A stretch of DNA of 64,000 nucleotides from Thermoprotei archaeon (GCA_003649205.1 QMRC01000005.1:1-64000), one strand, 5' to 3'; positions 18,565 through 29,297 are shown, numbered from the stretch's first letter. The notes: generated by a model from the sequence alone, not told the origin. Program-made: numbers and translations.

Positions 18565-19722
18565 TTACCTAAGGATTAATCTTCGTCTAGTAAGTAGCTC
18601 AAGTACGTAGATACTTGATGACCTCATCTTACCCTTATGTAACCTCACTTCAATACTTAGCTTCTCAATGCTCACCTCCTTAATAGATGCTCTAGGTTCT
18701 AGAAGCTTGATAGCTTCCTTAACCTCATCCTCGTCTACTCTAGGTAACTTCTCAATGCACTTATTTGGACACTTAATGCAGTTTCCTGTAATGTAGCAGA
18801 GACCAGCGCAAGGTACTTCAGCAACGTATGCATTAGCGCAACACGATGAGGGGAATACTATGAGGCCTCTCTCCCTAGCTATTTCCATAGCCTTCATTTT
18901 TAGATCACTACTTCTAATTGGTACTTGCTCTCTCTCTGCAATCTTCGGTGCTCTTTTAATGATCTCACTAACGTCAATACCTACACGTTTCAATCTATAA
19001 ATGATGTTCTTGGTAACCCTTAGTGTTCCTGGAACTACACCAATAGCACCTGCTTGTTTTGCCTCATCGATTATGTCATCTAGTTCCCTATCGGTTATTC
19101 CAGGTATTATTGGTCTCAGGAATAGAACTGGCTTCAAACCTACACTCCTTAGCTTCCTAATGGTTTCAAGTCTAAGCTCAGGAGGTGAAGCGTTGGGTTC
19201 CAAGATCTTAGAGTACTTAATTGTGACTATTGTGATGAGAGGACTTATTGATGAGGAAATTGCTATTTTCCTCAACTCATCGAGTACCTGATCAGGCATG
19301 TACATCTTAGTTGAGAACTGTATTGGATTACCCATGTACTCACTAATCACCTTCATGTACTCGAGAGTCCTCCATGCTAAATTTGGTAGGAATGGTTCTG
19401 TTACACTTCCGAAAGCCATGAAGGTACCTAACCTACCCGGTACGACGTAGGGATTTAGGAGAAGTGCATATAGTAGTTCAATACCTGAAAGTGGGTAAGG
19501 TTTAGCATTAGTGAATGTGAATCCCATATCCTGTATGTAGCAGTAGAGACACCTATTCGTACACCCAATACCTACGTGAACTGTCATGCCGCAGGGTCTA
19601 GGTCTTCTTCTCGCATGACCATCTACTTCCACTCTCCTTAAGTCGGCACCAGCACTCTGAAGTATGTTCCTCACCTTTTCTCGTAGATGTAGCTTCTCCT
19701 GTAGGTACTTACTACAGCTCAT
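18565..19722 (-). CDS. Radical SAM protein (SPL-like) with Cys-rich C-terminus
   Basis: CTNRCLYC; STK; LEP.A; RPIIPGI. Confidence 0.9.
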   Translation of the reverse strand: MSCSKYLQEKLHLREKVRNILQSAGADLRRVEVDGHARRRPRPCGMTVHVGIGCTNRCLYCYIQDMGFTFTNAKPYPLSGIELLYALLLNPYVVPGRLGTFMAFGSVTEPFLPNLAWRTLEYMKVISEYMGNPIQFSTKMYMPDQVLDELRKIAISSSISPLITIVTIKYSKILEPNASPPELRLETIRKLRSVGLKPVLFLRPIIPGITDRELDDIIDEAKQAGAIGVVPGTLRVTKNIIYRLKRVGIDVSEIIKRAPKIAEREQVPIRSSDLKMKAMEIARERGLIVFPSSCCANAYVAEVPCAGLCYITGNCIKCPNKCIEKLPRVDEDEVKEAIKLLEPRASIKEVSIEKLSIEVRLHKGKMRSSSIYVLELLTRRRLILR

Positions 19723-19794
19723 TACCCTTCAAGACAAGAACACGAGTACAGATTTAATACCTATTCACCTTCACTAATATCAGGAACTAGTGAT

Positions 19795-19843
19795 GTGATG
19801 AGTGGCCCACCTACTGACTTGATGAGGAACGGCTCTTAGCTGA
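19795..19843 (+). ncRNA. Box C/D sRNA
   Basis: GTGATGA 19795, CTGA 19814, TTGATGA 19819, CTGA 19840. Confidence 0.88.
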
Positions 19844-19854
19844 GTACCTCCTCC

Positions 19855-20436
19855 GTGGTGTGTTGCATGTATAGGGATTTACCGCTTAGCTTCTTCAATA
19901 GGGTCATTGGTCCAGTACCTGTTGTCTTGATCTCAGTAGGTTATCTGAAGGGGAAGAGGAGTATCATGCCATGTACGTCCGTTGCTCCAATATCACTGAC
20001 ACCACCTTACGTTGGTGCTTCCATAGCTAAGACGAGGTACACCTGTAAGCTAATTCGTGAGCTAGGTGATTTCGTCATTAATATTCCTACGTGGAATTTC
20101 ACTAGGTTGATCACTGAGCTAGGTATGGTATCTGGATCTGAAATCGATAAGTTTGAGTACTTTAACTTAACACCTCTCAAGGCTAAGAAGGTCAAGAGTT
20201 TTAGAGTTGGTGAAGCTATTGCGTGGATTGAGTGCTGTGTTGAGAAGTCCCTTAGTATTGGTGATAGGGTTTTCTACATATCGAGAGTAGTTGCTGTGTA
20301 TGCTCGTGAGGAATGTAGCTACGACTTTGGTGTTAAGTGGTTTAGTGAAAAACCTGTGCTTTATCTAGGTGATTTACTTTTTGCTACAGGGTTTGCTGAG
20401 TACTACCGGTGCTGTGATGTAGTGTATCGTAGATAA
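19855..20436 (+). CDS. Flavin reductase-like family protein
   Basis: SLTPP, FVINIP, SGSEIDKF, WIEC..GD. Confidence 0.88.
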   Translation: MVCCMYRDLPLSFFNRVIGPVPVVLISVGYLKGKRSIMPCTSVAPISLTPPYVGASIAKTRYTCKLIRELGDFVINIPTWNFTRLITELGMVSGSEIDKFEYFNLTPLKAKKVKSFRVGEAIAWIECCVEKSLSIGDRVFYISRVVAVYAREECSYDFGVKWFSEKPVLYLGDLLFATGFAEYYRCCDVVYRR

Positions 20437-20737
20437 GCTGCTCGAGTAATCTTAATTTTAATTCAACACTATTTCTTATTTCTTTAAGTAATTGCTTTCC
20501 TCTATCGGTTATCCTATAGTACTTCCTACCTGATGAGTTGATACAGTACTTCTCTACGTACCCTCTCTTTTCCAACTCATACAGTATTGTGTAGAATGTA
20601 CTTAGTGTAACGTGGTCTTTCAGTACTTGACGTACCTTAGTAAGTATCTGGTAAGGGTACATGGTTTCTCTCTCGAGTAGTCTAAGTATGAGTAATCTTA
20701 TGAGTACCGAGGTTAGTGGTCTAAGTACTTCCTTCAT
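20384..20737 (-). CDS. PadR-family transcriptional regulator
   Basis: YTILYELEKRGYV..RKYYRITDRG. Confidence 0.85.
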   Translation of the reverse strand: MKEVLRPLTSVLIRLLILRLLERETMYPYQILTKVRQVLKDHVTLSTFYTILYELEKRGYVEKYCINSSGRKYYRITDRGKQLLKEIRNSVELKLRLLEQLIYDTLHHSTGSTQQTL

Positions 20738-20879
20738 CTCGATCCCTGTTTACTTACTAAGTATCTAGAGTATTTTAAGTTACTATCCTGAATCGAATTA
20801 CTTCTACTCACCTTCTCTCTTAGACTTGGATGTGACTACGCTTTTAAGTTTACATGTACACGCTGTGTAGGGTGTTGAG

Positions 20880-22232
20880 ATGTCTGGTGCAGGTATTAGG
20901 GAGGTATCTGTTAGAGCTACTAGGAGAGTAGGTGCTCACTCACATATTAGGGGGCTAGGTGTTGAAAATGGTAAGGTTCTTCCTGTAGGTGATGGACTGG
21001 TTGGCCAGATAGAGGCTAGAGAAGCTGCTTGGCTGATTGTTCAGATGATTAAGGAGGGTAAGATGGCTGGTAAGGGGATTCTCATCGTTGGTCCACCAGG
21101 TACAGGTAAGACAGCTATAGCAATAGGTATCGCCAGAGAGCTAGGTGAGGACACACCCTTTGTAGCTATATCAGCTGCTGAGATTTACTCTGCTGAGATT
21201 AAGAAGACTGAATACCTCATGCAGGCAATGAGGAAGGCAATTGGTGTTAGGGTTAGAGAGTTCAGGAAAGTATACGAGGGCATGGTCGTTAAGGTTGATT
21301 ATGAGTGGGCTTCACATCCGTACAACCCGTACTACAGGATACCTGTAGGTGCTAAGTTAACTCTCAAGACTAAGAGTGAGACTAGAACCTTTAGTGTAGA
21401 TGAGGATATAGCTCAGCAACTACTTGAACTAGGTATTTCAAAGGGTGATGTCATTTGGATTGATGCTGAGACAGGTAGAGTTGTTAGAGTAGGTAGGTGT
21501 AAGGAAGCTGAGGTTACGTATGATATCGAGTACAGGAGGAGAGTACCACTACCTTCAGGACCTATCTTGAAGGAGAAGGAATTTGTCTACACCATTACCC
21601 TACATGAACTAGATATGAGGAGCTATCAAGCTGGTTCGCTCTTCGGCCTAATATTTGGTCTAGAGACAAGGGAGATACCGAGTGAAGTTAGGAGACAAGT
21701 AGATGAGAGAGTACGTAAGTGGATTGAAGAGGGTAGAGCTGAGTTATTACCTGGTGTCCTGTTCATAGATGATGCACATATGCTAGATATAGAGGCATTT
21801 ACCTTCCTCTCTAGAGCTATGGAGAGTGAGCTAGCACCGATAATAATACTCGCTACTAATAGAGGAATCACGAAGATACGTGGAACAGATATCGAGGCAC
21901 CACACGGAATACCTCTAGACCTTCTTGACAGATTGATCATAATTAAGACCAAACCATACACAGAAGATGAGATTAGAGAGATCATAAAGATCAGAGCTAA
22001 AGAGGAGGATGTACCATTGAGTGATGATGCACTACAAGCACTTACCGAAGTTGGTCGTAGTAGGAGCTTGAGGTATGCACTACAACTACTTACGCCAGCG
22101 TACATACTAGCTAAGCAGAGAGGAAAGGATGTAGTTACAAGAGATGAGATTGAGTACGTGAAAAAGCTATTCGTAGATGTACAGGAATCAGTTAGGTACC
22201 TCAAGGAGTTTGAGGAGAAGTTCCTAAGGTAA
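20880..22232 (+). CDS. tip49: RuvB-like helicase TIP49
   Basis: AHSHIRGLG, GPPGTGKT, FIDDAHMLD, ATNRG, DLLDR, SLRYA. Confidence 0.97.
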   Translation: MSGAGIREVSVRATRRVGAHSHIRGLGVENGKVLPVGDGLVGQIEAREAAWLIVQMIKEGKMAGKGILIVGPPGTGKTAIAIGIARELGEDTPFVAISAAEIYSAEIKKTEYLMQAMRKAIGVRVREFRKVYEGMVVKVDYEWASHPYNPYYRIPVGAKLTLKTKSETRTFSVDEDIAQQLLELGISKGDVIWIDAETGRVVRVGRCKEAEVTYDIEYRRRVPLPSGPILKEKEFVYTITLHELDMRSYQAGSLFGLIFGLETREIPSEVRRQVDERVRKWIEEGRAELLPGVLFIDDAHMLDIEAFTFLSRAMESELAPIIILATNRGITKIRGTDIEAPHGIPLDLLDRLIIIKTKPYTEDEIREIIKIRAKEEDVPLSDDALQALTEVGRSRSLRYALQLLTPAYILAKQRGKDVVTRDEIEYVKKLFVDVQESVRYLKEFEEKFLR

Positions 22233-22674
22233 CTCTACGCCTAGTAACCTTCCAAATAACTTTAGCTAGTAAACTCAAACCAACTATAAGAGCTATTTGC
22301 CCCAAATCGATCTTCCAAACCTTCTTAACATTGTATACAAGTGGTAGCACTACAATGTGGATCCCGAGACTAGCTAAGACCTGTAGGTACATGTAATGAG
22401 TTACAGCAGTCAAGATAGAGGTCAGTACTAGCAATACCTCAATTTCACTCTTCTGGACAATACCATACAGCACGACCATGACAACCCATATCAGTGAGGA
22501 TAGTAGTGCTCTTCTCCAAGCTACTAGAAGCTGCTGCGGTAATTCATGTACTCTAGTTACTACTGTTATGCTGTACTCCACCTCAAAGTTTGGTAGTATC
22601 AGTACTGTAGCTAGTATAGCTATGAAGATGAGAACGATGATGCAGTACTTCATAAATTTCAAGTACATCACCAC
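22201..22674 (-). CDS. Hypothetical membrane protein
   Basis: About four hydrophobic segments. Confidence 0.65.
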   Translation of the reverse strand: MVMYLKFMKYCIIVLIFIAILATVLILPNFEVEYSITVVTRVHELPQQLLVAWRRALLSSLIWVVMVVLYGIVQKSEIEVLLVLTSILTAVTHYMYLQVLASLGIHIVVLPLVYNVKKVWKIDLGQIALIVGLSLLAKVIWKVTRRRVTLGTSPQTP

Positions 22675-23879
22675 CAGTACATGAGAGCCATAGTTAGAGC
22701 TATTGAGAATACGAGTACGGATGCGAGATAACTGGAGATCAGTATTCTCAGGTAATTTAGTACTTTACCACCTACTCTTCCTTCGAGAAGTGAGAAGAGA
22801 GCTTGACCACCATCGAGTGGGTGAATTGGTAGTGCATTTACCAGTGCTAGTGCCATATTTATCTCGTACATCCAGTACAGTATCGAGATGTGGACTCTAT
22901 CCTCTATCATTATACCGATGAATCCTCTACTTGGTATTGCTGGGTGCTGTACTAACTTCAGTATCACTGTCTCAACACCACTACTTCTCAGTACCTTGAG
23001 TGTAACTTCCATACCAGGGTGGGTATATGCCATTACGAAACCAACATGGTAACAGTCTAGTAACCTGATTCCCCCAATCTCTAGAAGTACATCTCCAGGT
23101 CTCAAACCTGCATTAGCAGCTGGCGTATTTGGTACTACGTTAGTAATTACAACCCCTGCATAGCTTGGTAGGAGTGTGTAGATAATAGCTAGTGCAGTAG
23201 CTGCTAAGAGAGCTACAATTACATTACCCAGTACGCCTGCACCGTAGACCATGAGCCTCTGCTTTAGAGGTCTTTTCTGGAGCTCTTTCTCATCTATCTC
23301 AACGAAGCCACCATACAGGAGAAATAACACTGTAAAGAGTCCACCTGACTTCAACGGTATGTTGTAGTATCGAGCTACTGCGGCATGGAATAACTCGTGG
23401 ACTACAATACCTATGTAGATCGCAGGTAACATCATGAGTAAGGTCTTTCCTGTGACTGTGATGCCTGGTAGTAGCGGTATCATAGGTATGAATGTTCCCT
23501 GCTTGACGGTACCATACCTTAACAATGAGTTTATAGCCTTCACTAAGTTCATGTGAATTATGTACACTAGTGAGGGTATGGGAAAGAGCTGTTGTGGTGC
23601 TAATTGTGGAGGTACATAAATGAACGTTGGAGCTACAAAACCACACCACATAAGGACAAATATCGTGATGACGCTAACAAAAGCAATACCTCTCCAGAGA
23701 GGTCTACTCCTAGTAACTATGTAATCTACCATCCTAGTGAATAGACCTAGCTTAATAAGGAGCATAGTGAAGTACTTGATCTCAATACCACGAGAGGTAA
23801 AGCTCTCTCTCCAAAGTAGATATAGAGCAAGAGCGAGAATCCATAGTATTATCGCTACTGTGACTTCTAGACCAATCAT
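22668..23879 (-). CDS. Site-2 protease (M50) with PDZ domain
   Basis: HELFH, AGVLGN, PAANAGLRPGD, NALPIHPLDGG. Confidence 0.93.
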   Translation of the reverse strand: MIGLEVTVAIILWILALALYLLWRESFTSRGIEIKYFTMLLIKLGLFTRMVDYIVTRSRPLWRGIAFVSVITIFVLMWCGFVAPTFIYVPPQLAPQQLFPIPSLVYIIHMNLVKAINSLLRYGTVKQGTFIPMIPLLPGITVTGKTLLMMLPAIYIGIVVHELFHAAVARYYNIPLKSGGLFTVLFLLYGGFVEIDEKELQKRPLKQRLMVYGAGVLGNVIVALLAATALAIIYTLLPSYAGVVITNVVPNTPAANAGLRPGDVLLEIGGIRLLDCYHVGFVMAYTHPGMEVTLKVLRSSGVETVILKLVQHPAIPSRGFIGIMIEDRVHISILYWMYEINMALALVNALPIHPLDGGQALFSLLEGRVGGKVLNYLRILISSYLASVLVFSIALTMALMYWW

Positions 23880-23880
23880 C

Positions 23881-24573
23881 CTAGATCACTACCTCGAAAC
23901 CTGTTCCAGGTACCGTGATATACCTCAGAAAATCTCTATTGACTTTCTTAATTAAGTACTCCCTAACCTTTCGCGAGGTACAGTGTAGAGGAATTACCGC
24001 TACAGCACCTAGCTTACGGAGACTAGTCACTATGTCGCGTATACAGTACTCATTAAAGCGCACGTGAAAACCACCAATTACGAGAGGTCTATTCTCAAGT
24101 ACCTCTTCGATACCTCTAAGTAGTGTAGGTAGGTACACTCTAGAACAACCAACGATCACGAGATCTAGCTTAGGTAGGTGAACAACGTATACGGTCTCAG
24201 GATATGGCTTAAGTACTGTATACGCGTGAATTCTCGTGTCTACCCTAGAGGTCCCTGCTACTAGGTGTCTAACTCCACGTAGTGTCGTGGATATGTAGTT
24301 CATTGGTGTGTAGACCTCGAGTTCACCAAGCTCTTTGAGTAACTTAGGTAAAGAGCCCATGTGCTTCAGGAGAGGACAGGTTACTAACACCTTCTTCACC
24401 TGATGTACTTCGGCACTGAGTACGGTGCTGTTCCACGTGAGTACGCTATGGAGAGGACCGGTATCTACTAGTAATTTCTCATCATCGAGTTCTAGGTAAA
24501 GCGATAATCCACTACAGGGTACTGTAAATCCACGGCAATACTCATCATCCACCAATACAACTAGCTTTGCCAT
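23881..24573 (-). CDS. Metallo-beta-lactamase-fold protein with degenerate metal motif
   Basis: GLSLY..LVDTG, VGCS, IGGFH, PLHCT; HxHxDH position reads CPLLKH. Confidence 0.75.
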   Translation of the reverse strand: MAKLVVLVDDEYCRGFTVPCSGLSLYLELDDEKLLVDTGPLHSVLTWNSTVLSAEVHQVKKVLVTCPLLKHMGSLPKLLKELGELEVYTPMNYISTTLRGVRHLVAGTSRVDTRIHAYTVLKPYPETVYVVHLPKLDLVIVGCSRVYLPTLLRGIEEVLENRPLVIGGFHVRFNEYCIRDIVTSLRKLGAVAVIPLHCTSRKVREYLIKKVNRDFLRYITVPGTGFEVVI

Positions 24574-24639
24574 TCACTTAAGTAGACCTGAAAATTACTT
24601 ATAAACACCTCTTTCGAGTAGTCAAAGAGGTGAATTTCC

Positions 24640-25398
24640 ATGAAGTTACCTGTGCTCAAGAGGTACGGAACTACCCTCATGACGTTGCTAGCAATAGCCT
24701 TTTTCAGCGCTGTACTGCCGCCAAATCTATCTTGGTTGCTAATCATACCGTTCATAGCCTTCATGGTGTTTACCATGGGTCGTGGAGCAGTTAGAACAGC
24801 GAAGCAAATTCTCGAAGTTAGTAAGGGTAGGAAGTTACTTGAGTATGGTAGGGAGGAGCTTGACGAAGTTAAGAAGTACGATCCATTCCTGCTAGAAGAC
24901 TTAAGGAAGCAGACCACTATACTACTGGTATCGCTAGTACCACTAGCTGTGATCTTCCTGTACTTCTACCTCGTCAATACGCTAGGTGTCATAGCTCACT
25001 TAATGAAGAGTTTCACTTCCGCCCTAGATAATGAAATTCTCGGTAAGTTCCTGACCTACTTAGTTATCTACGGTACTATGTTTCTAATATCAGTAACTAT
25101 AAGCACACTATCCATGAGGAGAGTTGCTAAAGAGGGCACACTGCTGATACCTAGTAAGTACGTGATAACGACTAGTGGTATAGTTATTGACGATAGGTTC
25201 TCTCTATCATTTCCGCTGCAATGTGATGTCGTTGTCATTAGTCGACGTAGGAGATTCGTTGAACTCCATGTTAAATCTGCAGCAACTTTTGGTATGCAGA
25301 CTAAGCAGAGGATTAGGTTGTATGCAAAAAGACCAGATGATTTGTGGAATTTGCTCTCCAAGTATGTAATGGTAGGAAATGTTGTGAAAAGCGGTTAA
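24640..25398 (+). CDS. Membrane protein, DUF2208-like
   Basis: Four TM segments, then a C-terminal beta domain ([17 protein letters not shown]). Confidence 0.7.
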   Translation: MKLPVLKRYGTTLMTLLAIAFFSAVLPPNLSWLLIIPFIAFMVFTMGRGAVRTAKQILEVSKGRKLLEYGREELDEVKKYDPFLLEDLRKQTTILLVSLVPLAVIFLYFYLVNTLGVIAHLMKSFTSALDNEILGKFLTYLVIYGTMFLISVTISTLSMRRVAKEGTLLIPSKYVITTSGIVIDDRFSLSFPLQCDVVVISRRRRFVELHVKSAATFGMQTKQRIRLYAKRPDDLWNLLSKYVMVGNVVKSG

Positions 25399-25721
25399 CC
25401 AAATAGGCTCGCTAGTCCTTCAGCTATGGACTCTTCAGTTGCCTCCTCCTTCTTCTCTTCCTCCTTAGGCTTCTCTTCTTCCTTAGGCTTAGCTTCAGGT
25501 GCTGTTGGCGCTGCTGCTGGTGCTGCTGCTGGAGCAGCCACTGGTACCGCTGCTGACTTAATTGCCTCATCTATATTAACCTCCTTTAAAGCTGCAACCA
25601 GTGCCTTAATCCTAACATCATCAACTGCTATCCCAGCTGCTTCAAGCACTTTACGTAAATTTTCCTCAGTAATTGGTTTCTTAGCATAGTGCAGTAGGAG
25701 AGCAGCATACACGTACTCCAT
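25395..25721 (-). CDS. rpl12: 50S ribosomal stalk protein P1/L12
   Basis: [11 protein letters not shown]...Ala/Pro hinge...GLASLFG; true start at 25721. Confidence 0.97.
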   Translation of the reverse strand: MEYVYAALLLHYAKKPITEENLRKVLEAAGIAVDDVRIKALVAALKEVNIDEAIKSAAVPVAAPAAAPAAAPTAPEAKPKEEEKPKEEEKKEEATEESIAEGLASLFG

Positions 25722-25862
25722 GCTCCCACCAGTCCACGTACCATACAGCATACCCTACTTTAACTCTTTCGGTAACGTAAGTACATTACACGTGAAGTTA
25801 ATTTAGTAGGTGAAGGGAAAGAAATAGGGGTTTTCCATTTTTCCTCGATAATCCTTGAACTA

Positions 25863-26348
25863 CTAAACACCTGTAACTGCTCTCAAATCTGCTTCAAGAT
25901 CTTGCCGAATCTCGTCCATGTCTAATTCTGTTCGAGGTGTCACTACTAGTGCTATGTAGCTGTACTTAGCACCATCTGTACTGACCTCACCACTGACTCT
26001 GTATGTAGATAGGTTACCTGTAACGTAATTCATTAGGAGTAGTAAGGATAGGTAGAAGTAGGTTGCGGCTTTCATACCTACGTACTCTCCGAGAATGTAC
26101 CCTGACACTATGTCTACCAAGTCTTCGACAGTTACCCCCTTACCTTCACTCACATCTATGCTCCTTGCCCTACTAACTATTGATTCCTCTATCTCATCAA
26201 CTACCTTGCTATCTAGCTTCTCACTTATAGGAGCAAGGTACACAAAACCAATCACTATCTTATCTAGGTTTGTAAGTAGTTTATCTAAATACTCAAGAGG
26301 ATCAGGTACGTACTTCGGCTCTAGAATTGTTACGTATAGACCACCCAT
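25863..26348 (-). CDS. Hypothetical acidic protein
   Basis: 161-aa ORF downstream of the TRAM gene. Confidence 0.6.
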   Translation of the reverse strand: MGGLYVTILEPKYVPDPLEYLDKLLTNLDKIVIGFVYLAPISEKLDSKVVDEIEESIVSRARSIDVSEGKGVTVEDLVDIVSGYILGEYVGMKAATYFYLSLLLLMNYVTGNLSTYRVSGEVSTDGAKYSYIALVVTPRTELDMDEIRQDLEADLRAVTGV

Positions 26349-26369
26349 CCAAAATCAACTCACTTAGCT

Positions 26370-26606
26370 TTACTCACCAATTACTTCAGCAGTTGCGAAC
26401 CTCGACCAAACTCTCGTTATTCGTACCCTAACAACATCACCTGCTTTGGTATTGGGTATAAAGACCGTGTACCCTCTTATCTTAGCCATTCCGTCCCCCC
26501 TTCTACTAACAGCAAAGACACGGACTGTATACTCTTCACCAACCTCTAATCTACCAAGACCACGACTTGAGGTTGATCTCTTACTCCTCCTAAAGCTACT
26601 ACCCAT
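26370..26606 (-). CDS. Single TRAM-domain RNA-binding protein
   Basis: VGEEYTV..RGDGMAKIRGYTVFIP..GDVVRVRI. Confidence 0.9.
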   Translation of the reverse strand: MGSSFRRSKRSTSSRGLGRLEVGEEYTVRVFAVSRRGDGMAKIRGYTVFIPNTKAGDVVRVRITRVWSRFATAEVIGE

Positions 26607-26800
26607 CTATCTCACAACCCAGGTATTCGTCGACCAAGAGTGTTCCGAACAAGTATAAAAGTCTTCTGGAGCACATAGCTCCGAACATAGCTCTAGAAGA
26701 CAGAATCCTCGTCTACCACTTTAAAGAAAACAGTTATATACCGTGTAGATAATTGCTCTAAAGTGGATTTTAGGTTTAGAGTAGGTAGTTGGTATAAGTA

Positions 26801-27028
26801 ATGGTGAGAACCTTGAGGAATGACGATACATGGTTTAGATTCATTGAGAGGAAACCTGAGGTAATTTCTCTAGCATTTGAATTACTTAGGTACGTACTTG
26901 AGCATGATGTGTTGAGTGAGTACATACTACGGTATCTGAAGGATATAGAACCTGAATTCAGTGGTAAGTTAATGAAGTTAGTTACTGAGTACAAGGTCTT
27001 CACTAGAAATAGTATTGAAGAGGGGTAA
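26801..27028 (+). CDS. Hypothetical protein
   Basis: 75-aa ORF. Confidence 0.55.
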   Translation: MVRTLRNDDTWFRFIERKPEVISLAFELLRYVLEHDVLSEYILRYLKDIEPEFSGKLMKLVTEYKVFTRNSIEEG

Positions 27029-27030
27029 AC

Positions 27031-27078
27031 TCAGCTCAGGGCCTTCTATCACTAATCAACCCTTCTAAGCTTCATCAC
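27031..27078 (-). ncRNA. Box C/D sRNA
   Basis: Minus strand: GTGATGA-agcttagaaggg-TTGA-tta-GTGATAG-aaggccctgag-CTGA. Confidence 0.8.
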
Positions 27079-27155
27079 CGTACTTCAGATGAACTGAGTA
27101 GTACTTAAAGTTCTCTACATCAGTGCCTATGAGTTCCTAGAGGAGGTTTCAGATA

Positions 27156-28301
27156 TTAAGGCCATTCCTCAGCCAGTAATGTCTTGAGTACTGCAATCAT
27201 CTCCCTACAGAATCTACCTGGATTGAAGTGCCATGCCTTTCTGTAGCTCCACATCCTCATTTTTAATATCTCTTCTTCAGGCATCTTTAGCAGTTTAATT
27301 GTTAACTTTATGAAGTCTTCATCTGTACGAGCTGCATATCCTTCAACACCTGGTGTTATTAATTCTGCTAGTCCTGATTTCTCTGGTAATACAGGTACTG
27401 CTCCTTGTGCCATAGCTTCTACAGGTGCCATACCAAAGTGTTCTCCAATTCTTGGGTGTATATAGACCTTAGCTTCTCTATACAGCTTAATCATCTCCAT
27501 ATTCGAGAGTACTCTATCGATTATTTCAACACCTTCAGTACTTAACTCAATGAGCTTTCTGTAGTACTCTAGATGTCTTGGGTCTTTTGTACCAACTAAA
27601 ATTAATTTAGCATCAGGTACTTCAGGCTTTATGTACTTTCTAAACCATTCAACTAGTACGTCTTGTCTCTTCTGAGGTACAAACCTACCAACGTAAACAA
27701 TAACATTATTTCTCCTCTCTTTGAGTTCTGGTTCATAGAGGAAGAAGTCCCACTCAATAGCTGGGTACACGACATACCCCTCAAGACCGAACATGTGGTA
27801 TAGTGCTCTTGCTGTATAGAATGAGTTCACGATATGTAGGTTAGCTACCCTATAGAATCCATCGAATATTCTAGGGAATCTATACATATCTACGAAGATG
27901 GGTAGGTTTTCAGCTGTTACCTCTTCCTCCTTAGGGTAGTGTATGTACATAGCTCCACCTAGCTCAGGGTCTATGATCTTGGTTAAGGTTATGTAGAGAG
28001 GTTCCTGAAGCATTGAGAGAACAACACCTGGCTTAAACTCATCTATTGCCTTGGACAAGGTCTCGTAGAGTTCTCTAACCCTAAGCTTCATGAGAGACTT
28101 AATATCACCACCAACGTGTTCAGTGTACTTGATGTAGAAGAAGTGTAGACCAGGTACCTCGGGAAACCAGGTATCGCTCTTAGCCTTAGTCACTATAGCA
28201 ACCTCATGACCATGCTTAATCAGTTCATATACCAAGATCCTGGTTAACCTCTCACTACCACCAAAAACATTTAGATGAGGGTGAATTACCAGAATTCGCA
28301 T
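27156..28301 (-). CDS. GT4 glycosyltransferase
   Basis: GGSER, VNS.YT, VGRFVPQK, EHFGMAPVEAMA. Confidence 0.93.
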   Translation of the reverse strand: MRILVIHPHLNVFGGSERLTRILVYELIKHGHEVAIVTKAKSDTWFPEVPGLHFFYIKYTEHVGGDIKSLMKLRVRELYETLSKAIDEFKPGVVLSMLQEPLYITLTKIIDPELGGAMYIHYPKEEEVTAENLPIFVDMYRFPRIFDGFYRVANLHIVNSFYTARALYHMFGLEGYVVYPAIEWDFFLYEPELKERRNNVIVYVGRFVPQKRQDVLVEWFRKYIKPEVPDAKLILVGTKDPRHLEYYRKLIELSTEGVEIIDRVLSNMEMIKLYREAKVYIHPRIGEHFGMAPVEAMAQGAVPVLPEKSGLAELITPGVEGYAARTDEDFIKLTIKLLKMPEEEILKMRMWSYRKAWHFNPGRFCREMIAVLKTLLAEEWP

Positions 28302-28477
28302 GCATCCACCAACTCACTTCACAAGTAACTAGTTAAATAGCTTTAACATGCGTTATTGAGCTAACCTCCAATAGATAACTAGAAATATTAAATGAGTAAT
28401 ATGTAGTGATGACGTAGCACATATACTATAGGGAGCACTTAAAGTAGTGATATCACACAGAAAAAATACTCCATAGT

Positions 28478-28894
28478 CTACATACTGTATTCATTCCCGT
28501 AGTGAAATCTTAGATCTAATTCCTCACCAAGAGACCAAAGAATTAAGTCCTCGAATAATAACTTATCTCTAATGAGTATAGGTAAGCCTTCAGTGAGTAC
28601 TTTATACCTCATACCTGGAGGAAGCTCGTCTAGAGGAACTAGGTCAACAGGAATACCTAGCGCAAGCTCCAGCTCTGTACCTAACTCGAGGAGTTCACGA
28701 TGACTTGGTCTCGGTACCATGTACACAGCAACATCTACATCACGTATAGCAGAAGCCCTCAATACTGAACCAAATAGTATCACAATCTTGACCTCCTTTC
28801 TAGGCTCAAAGAACTTCCTCAACCTAGAGACTAAGTCAGGTAGAAATACACTGTAGTACCTAATTTCATCACTAAACCCGTAGTCACTTACCAA
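28478..28894 (-). CDS. Minimal nucleotidyltransferase (MntA-like antitoxin)
   Basis: LFGS..RDVDVAV..VDLV. Confidence 0.88.
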   Translation of the reverse strand: MVSDYGFSDEIRYYSVFLPDLVSRLRKFFEPRKEVKIVILFGSVLRASAIRDVDVAVYMVPRPSHRELLELGTELELALGIPVDLVPLDELPPGMRYKVLTEGLPILIRDKLLFEDLILWSLGEELDLRFHYGNEYSM

Positions 28895-29297
28895 GATACC
28901 TCCCCTCTACGCACTCGATAAACTTCAACACACAGGTAAAGTTCCTCCTCACATTCTCGTAGATTAACCTATCATCAACTACCCAGTACCTATGAACTAG
29001 AAGGTTCCTCAATCTAACTAGGTTAACTAGATCACGCGTACAAGGTACCTGAAACCTCTCACATACAAACACCACAGCATCGACATAGGACTTCGGCCTG
29101 TAACCAAACTCTTCACGAGCTATGTGAGTACAGAGTGCAACTAGAGATTCGACGAGTATGACAATTACGTACCGAATTGCATACTTCTCATCAATAGATA
29201 GCTCATCATATGGTTTTCTCGTTATTCGAAGTACTTCAGTAATGGAGAACCTAATATCATCCAGCCTAGACTTAACAACATCTAGATCAATAGGCAT
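28884..29297 (-). CDS. HEPN (DUF86/HepT-like) toxin
   Basis: RNLLVHRYW (R-x4-H); overlaps the MNT gene. Confidence 0.9.
   Translation of the reverse strand: MPIDLDVVKSRLDDIRFSITEVLRITRKPYDELSIDEKYAIRYVIVILVESLVALCTHIAREEFGYRPKSYVDAVVFVCERFQVPCTRDLVNLVRLRNLLVHRYWVVDDRLIYENVRRNFTCVLKFIECVEGRYLGK

Noticed and set aside
28406-28450. GTGATGA box upstream of the GT4 gene
   Set aside because: No D'/C'/D boxes at the right spacing
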